Virus record (IMG/VR): IMGVR_UViG_3300020182_000022
Span: 1-64,000 of that record
Length of the DNA stretch: 64,000 nt
Direction: 5' to 3' (one strand)
DNA from: a virus
The notes under the pieces were generated by a model. The model saw only the letters and a program-made list of their open reading frames with translations. It did not search any database and was not told where the DNA came from. Positions within the stretch are counted from its first letter, which is position 1, and each line of letters opens with the position of its first letter. Made by a program: the position numbers and the translations under genes. Shown here piece by piece: positions 40,701 through 48,388 of this stretch.

Positions 40701-41586
40701 CTAATCCACCAGTTGCAGAGAGGTATGCTGAGAAGTTTTGGTTGATACGATTTACTATATCCTTGCCGGTTAAACGGGCTGCGGTAGCACCTATTCCAAA
40801 CCCGGAGATAGGATCATAAATTGTTTCATTCTCCGGTTGGCTTGTGTATATATCTATATTCGTATTATTTAATTCTGTACCGGGAGTAACTGCAACAACA
40901 CTTATGGTTGAACCAATGTTAACAGAAGCTGGTTTTGCGATAACGAAGTCTCCATCCTCTCCCCCTTTAAAAGTTATTTTTGTACCGGATTCTAATACAA
41001 CATCTTGCCCAGATGTGAAGGTCACGTCTAATCCGGTCAGGACTTGTGATACTGACGATACACCATTAGCAGTAACTGAATAATTACTCTCAGCACCAGG
41101 GTTGTTAGCTGTAACACTTACACCTTTTTCAGGATTAGAGTAACTGCCGGCTTTCTTTCCGCTAGTATCGTTAGCACTCTTTGGGTGCCAAGCGATGATT
41201 CTTTCGTCTTTCTCGACTGAGTTGATCTCCGGGGCGGCTCCATCAACGATAATAGGACGAGGAATTACAGGATAAACTTGAACACTATATTTGTCTGCTA
41301 CCGTCGCTCCGGCTCCTTGACCGTATGGTAATCTAGATACCAGGACGTTTGCAGGGCTTTGGAATACAGCCTTGACAGAATGATACATGTATCGCTCTGC
41401 AGCGTTTTGTGGGAGGCCATAAATTTGTTCGAATTCGCTCAAGCTGGACACCGTGAGTAACTCATCGGTTGGTCCTTGATTCGCGAAACCGGGTATAAAC
41501 ACTGTTGTGCCTACGGGTAAATTAGGTCGTAAAGAAAGATCTACTTCCTTTATTTCTACTCCAGGGGATTGTATTGTTCTTGCCAT
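37774..41586 (-). CDS. 18: Contractile tail sheath protein (T4 gp18-like) with large insertions (1270 aa)
   Basis: N-terminal 'SPGVEIKEVDLS' and C-terminal 'PWIAPAGFTRG...GQKT...SAFDRINVRRLF...FEPN...CDERNN...IDIYIKPTRAAEFI'. Confidence 0.95.
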   Translation of the reverse strand: MARTIQSPGVEIKEVDLSLRPNLPVGTTVFIPGFANQGPTDELLTVSSLSEFEQIYGLPQNAAERYMYHSVKAVFQSPANVLVSRLPYGQGAGATVADKYSVQVYPVIPRPIIVDGAAPEINSVEKDERIIAWHPKSANDTSGKKAGSYSNPEKGVSVTANNPGAESNYSVTANGVSSVSQVLTGLDVTFTSGQDVVLESGTKITFKGGEDGDFVIAKPASVNIGSTISVVAVTPGTELNNTNIDIYTSQPENETIYDPISGFGIGATAARLTGKDIVNRINQNFSAYLSATGGLEDTPAVRATTFGYNNTPINEDMIVEVVTPGFAGNSIVLQSIDGVQAEYKSNDAYNLWLVTDEFVETISVEADGIKTLQEIVNDHNGPDNQPVSGIHIAVIGGHGVVPAAGTLVLDGGSLPGTLTQRVAAHNLTASPDEQVQVVSGGDLITSDNLVFGGGLEGVEADDSVSSDQSYTITGGIASGLSTKVVPASAWKFGDTNPGGYVGTTLKDAVDSVIASIPSVSAYSQDNLYWSETEAGNPLSIPALNAYEIADVADIVADAVNSVGWDLSASDRYYLGEPSNIELSNDDFQKTIKGEVKLSQANAGKLENQKFTTYNDLLTKGGAGMMIVNDKKFVLNEKFEGYYIGISDNTNLNPATDFDSVGQLKSLSKKLGGTTGGYVNVPDTGVKSRLTFSLSAGFIFDQYGNKQQVGLDGSMSEALENLSEFDLNTDEFSDVLTLAVFKVRQSTLEPDATKLDYLVADSVIGSVNYFREAFKSTGGTATSYFIESEASNSNNLYMKFNEGISKDAGNWLDENGYPTRKIRVLPAKSVSYYDELTSDQKLDTTQEVNDFKVAQAFLNGNEEKEDRLYIKSWQDLQASRKAQIKHGNNVYPHGVYRKQAAAAKETGNIPAKLDRIFELADNFDLFPIDITIESGLGTVYVGTDGGTVESFDDEEFFNIGDHVVSSTGLSGSGLYTTKLIDNRSEINYLTQYDTIFDTFKSFSQFARKDNIFIADPLRYIFVQGRNSKTLTSQQRESGVNFSQHIYWPLRHMMTGGTKNSSYCCTYANWGFTNDKALNRGVWVPMSGFAAAAMGNTDSNFYPWIAPAGFTRGLVSGIQDLAFYPKQKERDQLYKIGLNPVANFPNEGFAIFGQKTMQAKPSAFDRINVRRLFLYLQKATMNTVKYFVFEPNTLFTRTQVLNVLRPIFEEVKNTQGMYDYLLVCDERNNSPDVIDRNELVIDIYIKPTRAAEFILVNFYATRTGQDFSELVS

Positions 41587-41605
41587 AGTTAATTGCTGTT
41601 GAAAT

Positions 41606-41612
41606 TATTTAT
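41606..41612 (-). promoter_or_regulatory. Late-type promoter motif ATAAATA
   Basis: 19 nt before the sheath ATG. Confidence 0.55.
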
Positions 41613-41641
41613 GACTTCTCGGAGCTGTTTTCCGAAAAAGA

Positions 41642-42223
41642 TTACAACAAAATTGGCGTTAATTTTGAAAATGAGAATTCAAATGTTGTATCTATGTTAT
41701 CAGCTGTACGATAATTATAATCTATATTACCTAAACTGACCGGCAACAATCCTTCATAGTCAAATCTCATCGTTTGCTTGTTATACTCATCTAAGGCATA
41801 CATGGTCGCGGTACCTTGGTATTGCTTGAACATTGATTCATCTAACCCTACACGTTTTTGCTTCATGAATATCGCATCTTTATCATCATTCAATATATCT
41901 AACCATTTCCAGATGACCCAATAGTTGTTGAACCTGTTGTCAATAGTAAAATTGACTGTCACGTTATCATATGCTGGTCTGCTGTGTGTACTGAATTTGA
42001 CGGCATGACCGGAATATCTAATCTCACCGGAGTCGACTCTAATACTAGGTACTACAGCTCCGTACACACTAAATTGTAGGGTATCTGGTATCACTCGATC
42101 ATCCTGCCGGTTTTCAGGTAACGAGTATGCGATATCCTTCATTGCATCAGGCAATGTCAAGACAAATACGAATTTATCTTTTTTGGCCTTGTTTAAAACT
42201 GATTGTTGTATATATTCCTTCAT
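41642..42223 (-). CDS. Tail completion / tube-terminator-like protein (gp3-like)
   Basis: Tube-like motifs 'YDNVTVNFTID.RFNNYWVIWKWL' and 'PVSLGNIDY'. Start reassigned to ATG 42223, an ATGA overlap with the gp17 stop. Confidence 0.6.
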   Translation of the reverse strand: MKEYIQQSVLNKAKKDKFVFVLTLPDAMKDIAYSLPENRQDDRVIPDTLQFSVYGAVVPSIRVDSGEIRYSGHAVKFSTHSRPAYDNVTVNFTIDNRFNNYWVIWKWLDILNDDKDAIFMKQKRVGLDESMFKQYQGTATMYALDEYNKQTMRFDYEGLLPVSLGNIDYNYRTADNIDTTFEFSFSKLTPILL

Positions 42224-43965
42224 AAAGTCTCCCATCCTTGTTCCATCAAATCACTAACATCCCGATCATACAGAGGATTACTAGCTCCTCCATCCATATG
42301 CTCACTATCTATATATACGGGCAAAGTGTTCCACTCTTCTGTCATCATCTCGTCCCCATACAAGTTTAATGTGTTACTGAACTGACGTAACCCAAAATCG
42401 AGTCTGGATATGATCGCAGGCTTCTGATTTTTATCAAATTGTTCGATTTCGAAATACTGTTCTGTTATACCTACTTCGAGTATCATCAATGACCATATCA
42501 AACTCATCACTCTATCATCTTGCACGTTTGTACCTTTGATAGCTTTCCATGTACCGTTAGGATACCGGACAAATGTCTTCAATTCTTCTAGAGTTTGTGT
42601 GTCGTGTAGTGTCACTGCATGTAATTCACTCAACCAGTACTTCATGTTCATCACACCTTTATATTTTGTGTTAGTATGCGCTATAACACCAGGTCGATCA
42701 GCTTGGACTGATTTACTCGGTGAGTAATTGACTATATTCTCATAACCATACACATTTTTTAATGTGTCAACCACTTGAGCTCCGCAATTGTTACGCTCTA
42801 TCAAAGCTGGTGGGTTACCCCATTGTTGTAGTATCTCTAACAATTTGGTCGTGAAGTTATAAGGACTGATACGGTCATTACAGTACACAGCCACTTGTTC
42901 AATGTCAGTCAGGTCAGTTATATCTAATATCTGCACCACTGTAGCAGCATCTCCAACTCCTTCAGATATATCAACTCCTATAGTGTATGTACGCTCTTCA
43001 TTAGGTAATGACCACACTTTGTAGCTACCTTCATCGAATAAATGTTTAGGGTCTTGTAATGTAAGTGATGTTCTGCGGACCAATTCTTCATCAAGCACGC
43101 TTTCCCCTGTTTCAATAAACTGACAACCAAATTCTTGATCGAATATTTGACTACTACCTAAACTCTGTATTGTGTCAGCTTTCCATTTCTCATCTCTGCC
43201 AGGTACTTCCCACCAATCAACTCTAACAGGAGTCCATCCATTCTTACCTTTCACTCCATTACTATATAGATCATGGAATAAATTGCCGGTACCATTTGGG
43301 GTACTTGCTATAAAGATCTTACTCTTCTTACTACTACTGATGATAGGATATACTGATTTCCAGAATGCCTCAACTAAATGATTGTCAATAAATGCCATCT
43401 CATCCAATATCAACACATTACAACTGTCACCTCTACCAGCATCACTACTCGTTGTGGATATACCGATGCTACTACCATTAGATAACGTCATGGCAGTCTT
43501 GCCGTACTCCAACACACCAGGTTTGATCCAATTGGGTAACTGCTCATATGCTAATCTTATTCTTTTGAATATGTTGATTGCGGTTTGTTCTTTATTGGCC
43601 ACAACTAAGATACGTTGATCCTCTTGAAAGCATGCGATCCAAAGAGCATATATAGTCATCAGAGTTGTTTTGCCTATCTGTCTAGATGCTAGTACAATAT
43701 TGAATCTATTGTCACGCAAGCTTCTGAGAACCTTCTTCTGACACGGAAACAATTGAATTTTCTCCTTACCTCTGTCTAGATTGACGATGGTGAAGAAGTT
43801 CTCAGCGAAGTGGAGCAAGTTCTTCTTGCACTTCTTAAGACTGGCAACCATCTTTGGAGTCCACTCGAATTCTGCCCTATCTGTGGGTAGATTCTTGTTA
43901 CCCATATATAAGTGTTTGGTTTTGTCTCCATTAAAGTTTGATTGAGGTTGGTGTTTACTGCTCAT
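42220..43965 (-). CDS. 17: Terminase large subunit (T4 gp17-like)
   Basis: Walker A 'ASRQIGKTT', Walker B 'LILDEMAF', 'ASTPNG', 'FDQEFGCQF', nuclease 'IGVDISEG' and 'DDRVMSL'. Confidence 0.96.
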   Translation of the reverse strand: MSSKHQPQSNFNGDKTKHLYMGNKNLPTDRAEFEWTPKMVASLKKCKKNLLHFAENFFTIVNLDRGKEKIQLFPCQKKVLRSLRDNRFNIVLASRQIGKTTLMTIYALWIACFQEDQRILVVANKEQTAINIFKRIRLAYEQLPNWIKPGVLEYGKTAMTLSNGSSIGISTTSSDAGRGDSCNVLILDEMAFIDNHLVEAFWKSVYPIISSSKKSKIFIASTPNGTGNLFHDLYSNGVKGKNGWTPVRVDWWEVPGRDEKWKADTIQSLGSSQIFDQEFGCQFIETGESVLDEELVRRTSLTLQDPKHLFDEGSYKVWSLPNEERTYTIGVDISEGVGDAATVVQILDITDLTDIEQVAVYCNDRISPYNFTTKLLEILQQWGNPPALIERNNCGAQVVDTLKNVYGYENIVNYSPSKSVQADRPGVIAHTNTKYKGVMNMKYWLSELHAVTLHDTQTLEELKTFVRYPNGTWKAIKGTNVQDDRVMSLIWSLMILEVGITEQYFEIEQFDKNQKPAIISRLDFGLRQFSNTLNLYGDEMMTEEWNTLPVYIDSEHMDGGASNPLYDRDVSDLMEQGWETL

Positions 43966-43970
43966 TATCG

Positions 43971-43982
43971 ATAAGTACTTAT
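43971..43982. promoter_or_regulatory. Palindromic bidirectional late promoter motif ATAAGTACTTAT
   Basis: Perfect 12-bp palindrome giving ATAAGTA on both strands, between divergent gp17 (ATG 43965) and the plus-strand gene (GTG 43983). Confidence 0.65.
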
Positions 43983-44834
43983 GTGAACGAATCTAGAGAT
44001 ACAAGGGACCTTGAACAAGTGTATGGTCGAATGATAACTGAAAGCGATGACAGCAAGGTATGGAAGTCAGGAGACTGTCCGGAAGCCTTGGGTGATTCGC
44101 CACATGCTCAGGAGTTAAAACCTGATAATAACTGTTCCACCGGTGATGATGAGTGTATCACTGGCGGAAAGCCTCTAAAACCTGAAGATGCTGGTGAGGA
44201 TAACGCTTATTATATGAAGAAGATTTCAGAACGTTTAGACAAAAAGGACAAAAAACCTGGAAAAAACATTAAAGAGGGTATAAATAATTCCAGAACGATG
44301 AGCAAAAAAGATCCAACAAATATTTTCGACAAATTATACTCAACTATCATGGAAGGAGACGATCCTTTCGCTGATCTTAACGGCATGGGGTCAGATGATG
44401 ACTTCGGTGGTGAAGATGAATTCGGTGGTGAAGACGAAATGGGTGGCGATGAAGTCACATTAAGTCTTCCTAGAGAATTAGCTGAGCAACTTTTAGATAC
44501 ACTTAAAGCTGAGCTTGATGGAGGAGATGAGCTCGAAGACCTAGAAGACGAAGAGTCGATGGGCGACGACATGGATGACGAGATGTTAGGTGATGCTGTT
44601 GTATCAAAACCTGAGCCATCTGCTGCTTCTGATGGAGTTCCAGGGCTTACAGGTAAAAATAACAAAACTTCCGGTAGTGGTTACTCTGCAAAGGGTGGAT
44701 CTGCTGAAGGTGGTAAGATCAAAGAAGATCCAACACCTAAGCCTTTAGGCGGACACGGTGATCGTGACCATCCAATGGCCGGTAACAAGAGTAACAAAGT
44801 TACTAACGGTAAATCTAAAGCTCTCGGAGACTAA
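43983..44834 (+). CDS. Acidic late protein, possibly a prohead core/internal protein
   Basis: Start reassigned to GTG 43983. D/E/G-rich low-complexity sequence. Has a nested late promoter and in-frame ATG at 44298. Confidence 0.6.
   Translation: MNESRDTRDLEQVYGRMITESDDSKVWKSGDCPEALGDSPHAQELKPDNNCSTGDDECITGGKPLKPEDAGEDNAYYMKKISERLDKKDKKPGKNIKEGINNSRTMSKKDPTNIFDKLYSTIMEGDDPFADLNGMGSDDDFGGEDEFGGEDEMGGDEVTLSLPRELAEQLLDTLKAELDGGDELEDLEDEESMGDDMDDEMLGDAVVSKPEPSAASDGVPGLTGKNNKTSGSGYSAKGGSAEGGKIKEDPTPKPLGGHGDRDHPMAGNKSNKVTNGKSKALGD
44279..44286 (+). promoter_or_regulatory. Internal T4-type late promoter TATAAATA
   Basis: Perfect consensus inside a CDS, 11 nt before in-frame ATG 44298. Confidence 0.55.
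44395..44453. repeat. Degenerate 18-bp coding repeat (DDFGGE/DEFGGE/DEMGGD)
   Basis: gatgacttcggtggtgaa gatgaattcggtggtgaa gacgaaatgggtggcgat. Confidence 0.7.
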
Positions 44835-44860
44835 GAACAATTTAACTCCCCAAAATAAAG

Positions 44861-44888
44861 AAAGCCGTTCAATTGAGCGGCTTTTTTT
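44861..44888 (+). terminator. Rho-independent terminator
   Basis: AAAGCCGTTCAATTGAGCGGCTTTTTTT hairpin with U-tract, overlapping the next late promoter. Confidence 0.85.
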
Positions 44889-44895
44889 ATAAATA
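44888..44895 (+). promoter_or_regulatory. T4-type late promoter TATAAATA
   Basis: Perfect consensus 6 nt before ATG 44902. Confidence 0.7.
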
Positions 44896-44901
44896 CTGAT
44901 A

Positions 44902-45294
44902 ATGATGCTATTTGAGAAAGCTTTCTGGACTCATATCAACGAGTTTGTCGATTTACAACAGAAGAAGAACGACGATGCTAAGAACCCATGGCACCGTAGA
45001 CTTGATAAGCATGCTACTAGCAAGAGTCAGAATCAAGTAGCTGACAGATACAAAGGTAGATACACTGGTGAAGGTGAGTTTACCTACAGTGGTGAACTGG
45101 ATAACAAGATAGAGTTGATAAGATCAGGTAGTTCAGCACTTCAGATATTGTCTGATGTTGATTGTGATCATATACTTAAAAATTATCCAATTGATGAACT
45201 ACCAAAAGACAAACCAAAGAGTTTGAGCAACTCAGGTATGATCGTTAGTTGGGATCCTATGAAGAGTGCTTTTATACTTCAACGTGATGAGTGA
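44902..45294 (+). CDS. Hypothetical late protein (130 aa)
   Basis: ORF after a late promoter, overlapping the gp14 start. Confidence 0.7.
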   Translation: MMLFEKAFWTHINEFVDLQQKKNDDAKNPWHRRLDKHATSKSQNQVADRYKGRYTGEGEFTYSGELDNKIELIRSGSSALQILSDVDCDHILKNYPIDELPKDKPKSLSNSGMIVSWDPMKSAFILQRDE

Positions 45295-46027
45295 GTTTGA
45301 CGATATATTTGCTGGTAGTAACAAGGGTCTTAGATTTTTAGATAAGAGTATATCTAAGAACGAACAAGCCTTGTATAACGGTTGGTGGATGGAACAAATC
45401 TATCAATACGGTACAGTTGTAGATTATTATACAAACAACACAACACTCGAAACAATGGACCCGTTGTACGGAGAGGATCCAGTTCAAAAGTTTAGTGATC
45501 CTAAGAAGTTGATATTCGCTCTCACATTGAATGAGAATTCAGTTGTGTTACAAAAGTTTGGGTTAGTTGCTGATGACGAGCTTACTGGGTTTATTGCTAT
45601 TGAGAGTTACACCTTAGCTATGAGCTCTGCTGAAAATCCAAACCCGGAGCCCAAGTCAGGTGATGTTTTAGAATTGACAGAGTTTGGTTGTACCAGACCA
45701 GGTGGAAGAGGAGCAAAGAAATTTGAGATTACAGATAGGTTAGATCAAGACGTCGAACAATTAAATCCTTTACTAGGTCATTATGTGTGGTTGATAAAGG
45801 GTAAACGCTTCGATTATAGTTATGAGGATGGTATTGAAGCCGAACCGGCATTAGAGCAAGTTACTGACGACACATATCATGGAGGACTGAGCGGCGAGGA
45901 TTATACTGATGAGACTGAGGATGATAGTTTATACTTCAATCAAGTGGATACCGCAGGTCGTAATATATTTGATTATAGTGTATATGGAGATTATGACGAC
46001 ATATACGGGGGATACGACGACGATTAG
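45287..46027 (+). CDS. 14: Neck / head-tail connector protein (T4 gp14-like)
   Basis: Contains 'EQIYQYG..V.Y', 'DPLYGEDP..KF', 'LQKFGLVADDELT', 'PKSGDVL' and 'FDYSYE'. Start reassigned to ATG 45287. Confidence 0.8.
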   Translation: MSEFDDIFAGSNKGLRFLDKSISKNEQALYNGWWMEQIYQYGTVVDYYTNNTTLETMDPLYGEDPVQKFSDPKKLIFALTLNENSVVLQKFGLVADDELTGFIAIESYTLAMSSAENPNPEPKSGDVLELTEFGCTRPGGRGAKKFEITDRLDQDVEQLNPLLGHYVWLIKGKRFDYSYEDGIEAEPALEQVTDDTYHGGLSGEDYTDETEDDSLYFNQVDTAGRNIFDYSVYGDYDDIYGGYDDD

Positions 46028-46353
46028 TCTGTTTGATCTTCGTATGCAGCACTATAATCAGGTAACTGCTCTCCCTTTGCTTCCGAGATAAACTTCTCCG
46101 CCTGACTAACAGTATCGAACAACAACTCTACGCGTGATCCGCTTCTGTCCGCAAAGACATAACACACTTTGTCATCTTTGTTGTGTATACGAAGTAGAGA
46201 GTATTTTTCTCCGGCAGTTAGCTGGTCTCTCTGAGTCTTGAATCCAGAAACTCCGGAGCTCATTTGTCTGATTTGTGAGCTGGTCATCCCAGGTTTGATC
46301 TTAGCTGATCCTCGAGATGATAGAGTTATTGTAGTGCCGGCTATATAGTGCAT
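46024..46353 (-). CDS. Hypothetical protein
   Basis: Last ORF of an overlapping minus-strand cluster. Confidence 0.6.
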   Translation of the reverse strand: MHYIAGTTITLSSRGSAKIKPGMTSSQIRQMSSGVSGFKTQRDQLTAGEKYSLLRIHNKDDKVCYVFADRSGSRVELLFDTVSQAEKFISEAKGEQLPDYSAAYEDQTD

Positions 46354-46616
46354 TGTTCTTCTTTACTGAGATCGTCTGCTATTTCAAATAACATGCTCTC
46401 TGTACGGTCATCAATATACTTTTGAATAGCGATCGGTTTGACCCAATTGATACTATCACCGGACTCTCCGAGCTGCTGGGCTTTCTGATCGATAATATCG
46501 ACAGCCTCAATCAAGCTCAACCACCGGCATACTTCATACTCTGACATTACGTGTGAGACACCCTTGGGTGTTGTTAGTTTAATCTTAGTTTCTTTATGTT
46601 TTTTTATATCAATCAT
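46341..46616 (-). CDS. Hypothetical protein
   Basis: ORF overlapping both neighbours. Confidence 0.65.
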   Translation of the reverse strand: MIDIKKHKETKIKLTTPKGVSHVMSEYEVCRWLSLIEAVDIIDQKAQQLGESGDSINWVKPIAIQKYIDDRTESMLFEIADDLSKEEQCTI

Positions 46617-47040
46617 GGTAAAAATTCCGGATCACTTTAGTCATGTATCCTGCGAGTTTAGCTACGAACACCTTATCTACATCATTACTGTCGTATTGTT
46701 TGAGTCCTAATGTTATTAAATTGATTCCCTGACATAAGTTTTTGAAGTTTAATTTGTCAGTTGGTGACATGCCACTATCATTAGAGCAGTGATTAAAGGC
46801 CAGGTCATTCAAATTGTTTATCAGGTCTATATTACGATAATCTTCACTCACGGGTATATTTAAACCTTCATGAAACGCTTGCTTGCATTCATAGTCTTTT
46901 TCGTTAAAAAACTTAGACATCTTGTCTCTGAGTTCGAGATATGTCATTGGCATTTCATCTTCACTCAACATGACACTACTAGGATCCTTCGTGTTAGGTT
47001 GGTTGACGAGTTTGTTCTCTTCTGGTATACTAGGATTCAT
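46609..47040 (-). CDS. Hypothetical protein
   Basis: ORF overlapping both neighbours. Confidence 0.65.
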   Translation of the reverse strand: MNPSIPEENKLVNQPNTKDPSSVMLSEDEMPMTYLELRDKMSKFFNEKDYECKQAFHEGLNIPVSEDYRNIDLINNLNDLAFNHCSNDSGMSPTDKLNFKNLCQGINLITLGLKQYDSNDVDKVFVAKLAGYMTKVIRNFYHD

Positions 47041-47470
47041 CGTCTTTGCTGATATCTTCTATAATCTTACTAATCTTTGATGTATCTGCACCTACTGTAG
47101 TTTTCTGTGCTGTGGTCACATCAACGTATACCGAGTTTGACTTTCCACATACCTCACAATCAAAACTATTGTCGTCATCGAATCTTACTGGTATGAAAGC
47201 TGAGGCGTTACAATGTGCGCAAGTAACATCAGTACCTTGCATCGCGTACAACTCTAAACGCTTGGTCTCTTCGTTCATCATTCTGCTCTCCAATAGGAAC
47301 CTAGCAATCGACTTCCAAACATAAGAAACAACAAACTGAATGCAAACTAGGGCAGTGAATGTCTCTATAACACCGGCACCAGTGAAGTAATTAATGATCG
47401 AGGTGAGTATACCAGCGATTATTAATGTCTTGCCTAGAGATGTTAGTATTTGTTTGAGTATATCAAGCAT
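47030..47470 (-). CDS. Putative membrane protein with zinc ribbon
   Basis: Two hydrophobic N-terminal segments followed by CAHC...CEVC. Start reassigned to ATG 47470. Confidence 0.6.
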   Translation of the reverse strand: MLDILKQILTSLGKTLIIAGILTSIINYFTGAGVIETFTALVCIQFVVSYVWKSIARFLLESRMMNEETKRLELYAMQGTDVTCAHCNASAFIPVRFDDDNSFDCEVCGKSNSVYVDVTTAQKTTVGADTSKISKIIEDISKDDES

Positions 47471-47897
47471 GATCTTCTGGTACAGATGTACCAACACTCA
47501 AACCGTCAATATCGCTAGAGACGGATTTAATTGCTTGTGCAATTGTGGATAATTTCTTGTGTATCTTTTTCACTGTTTTAATAGCCCTTTCATTATCCTT
47601 AATTATAGAGTGTTTTGCAGATTGTGCAACTTTATCTTTCACTTGGAGAGTATCAACATACAACTTTCCGAGTTGATCACTTAGACCATCCTGGAGAGGG
47701 TATGGAAGTCGGTTTGGTGCTTTTCCCATTTCATTCTCCCAATCACCGGCTTGTTTTATGAGATCTAACAACGTAACTTTTCCAGGTTTATGTGTCATGG
47801 CCGCTTGACCAGCTCCACCACCTACACCTAGATAGTTATTTGATCCGATATTCATATCTTCGAATATAGTCTTCTTTTTACCTTTTTCTTTACTCAT
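47463..47897 (-). CDS. Hypothetical late protein
   Basis: Preceded by TATAAGTA. Confidence 0.65.
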   Translation of the reverse strand: MSKEKGKKKTIFEDMNIGSNNYLGVGGGAGQAAMTHKPGKVTLLDLIKQAGDWENEMGKAPNRLPYPLQDGLSDQLGKLYVDTLQVKDKVAQSAKHSIIKDNERAIKTVKKIHKKLSTIAQAIKSVSSDIDGLSVGTSVPEDHA

Positions 47898-47906
47898 ACC
47901 TGTAAA

Positions 47907-47929
47907 TACTTATACAACCTGTATAAATA
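47907..47929. promoter_or_regulatory. Back-to-back late promoters (TATAAGTA on minus, TATAAATA on plus)
   Basis: 47907-47914 on minus is 9 nt before ATG 47897. 47922-47929 on plus is 9 nt before ATG 47939. Confidence 0.7.
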
Positions 47930-47938
47930 ATTAAAGCT

Positions 47939-48388
47939 ATGAACCTATTTGAAAAGAAATTCCTCAACATTTTACATGAAGCACCAGGAGATGCCGTTGA
48001 TCCAGCCGCGGCAGTAGACGTACCAGCAGAAGCAGAAGCAGCAGCAGTTGCTGATACAATGGAGCCGGCGACTGATCCAGCAGAACTAGCAGTACCTGAC
48101 AATCCTGAACTAGCGTTAAAGAAACAGCAATCAGAGCGTACCATATCCACCATCCAGACTTGGATCGGAGAAGTTGAGGGGTTTATTGATTATCTTAACG
48201 GTACGGATGAAGGTTCAATTAACTTCACTCTCAATAGTGCAGATTGTGACAGCTTGATAACTGATATCCAGCGAAGTGAGAGTAAGAAGATTTCTAGATT
48301 GGCTCAAGACCTATCAAGTTTAGGTGAGTCTCTCAAGCAATACCTGTTGCTAGCTAGAAGGAAAGAATCTAATTCAGATTCTATCTAA
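47939..48388 (+). CDS. Hypothetical late protein (149 aa)
   Basis: Has a late promoter, an Ala/Pro/Asp-rich linker and a helical C-terminus. Confidence 0.7.
   Translation: MNLFEKKFLNILHEAPGDAVDPAAAVDVPAEAEAAAVADTMEPATDPAELAVPDNPELALKKQQSERTISTIQTWIGEVEGFIDYLNGTDEGSINFTLNSADCDSLITDIQRSESKKISRLAQDLSSLGESLKQYLLLARRKESNSDSI

Noticed and set aside
42220-43965. Intein or intron in terminase (and in helicase, primase, UvsX)
   Set aside because: Protein lengths and motif spacing are normal, and no Hint or homing endonuclease motifs were seen.
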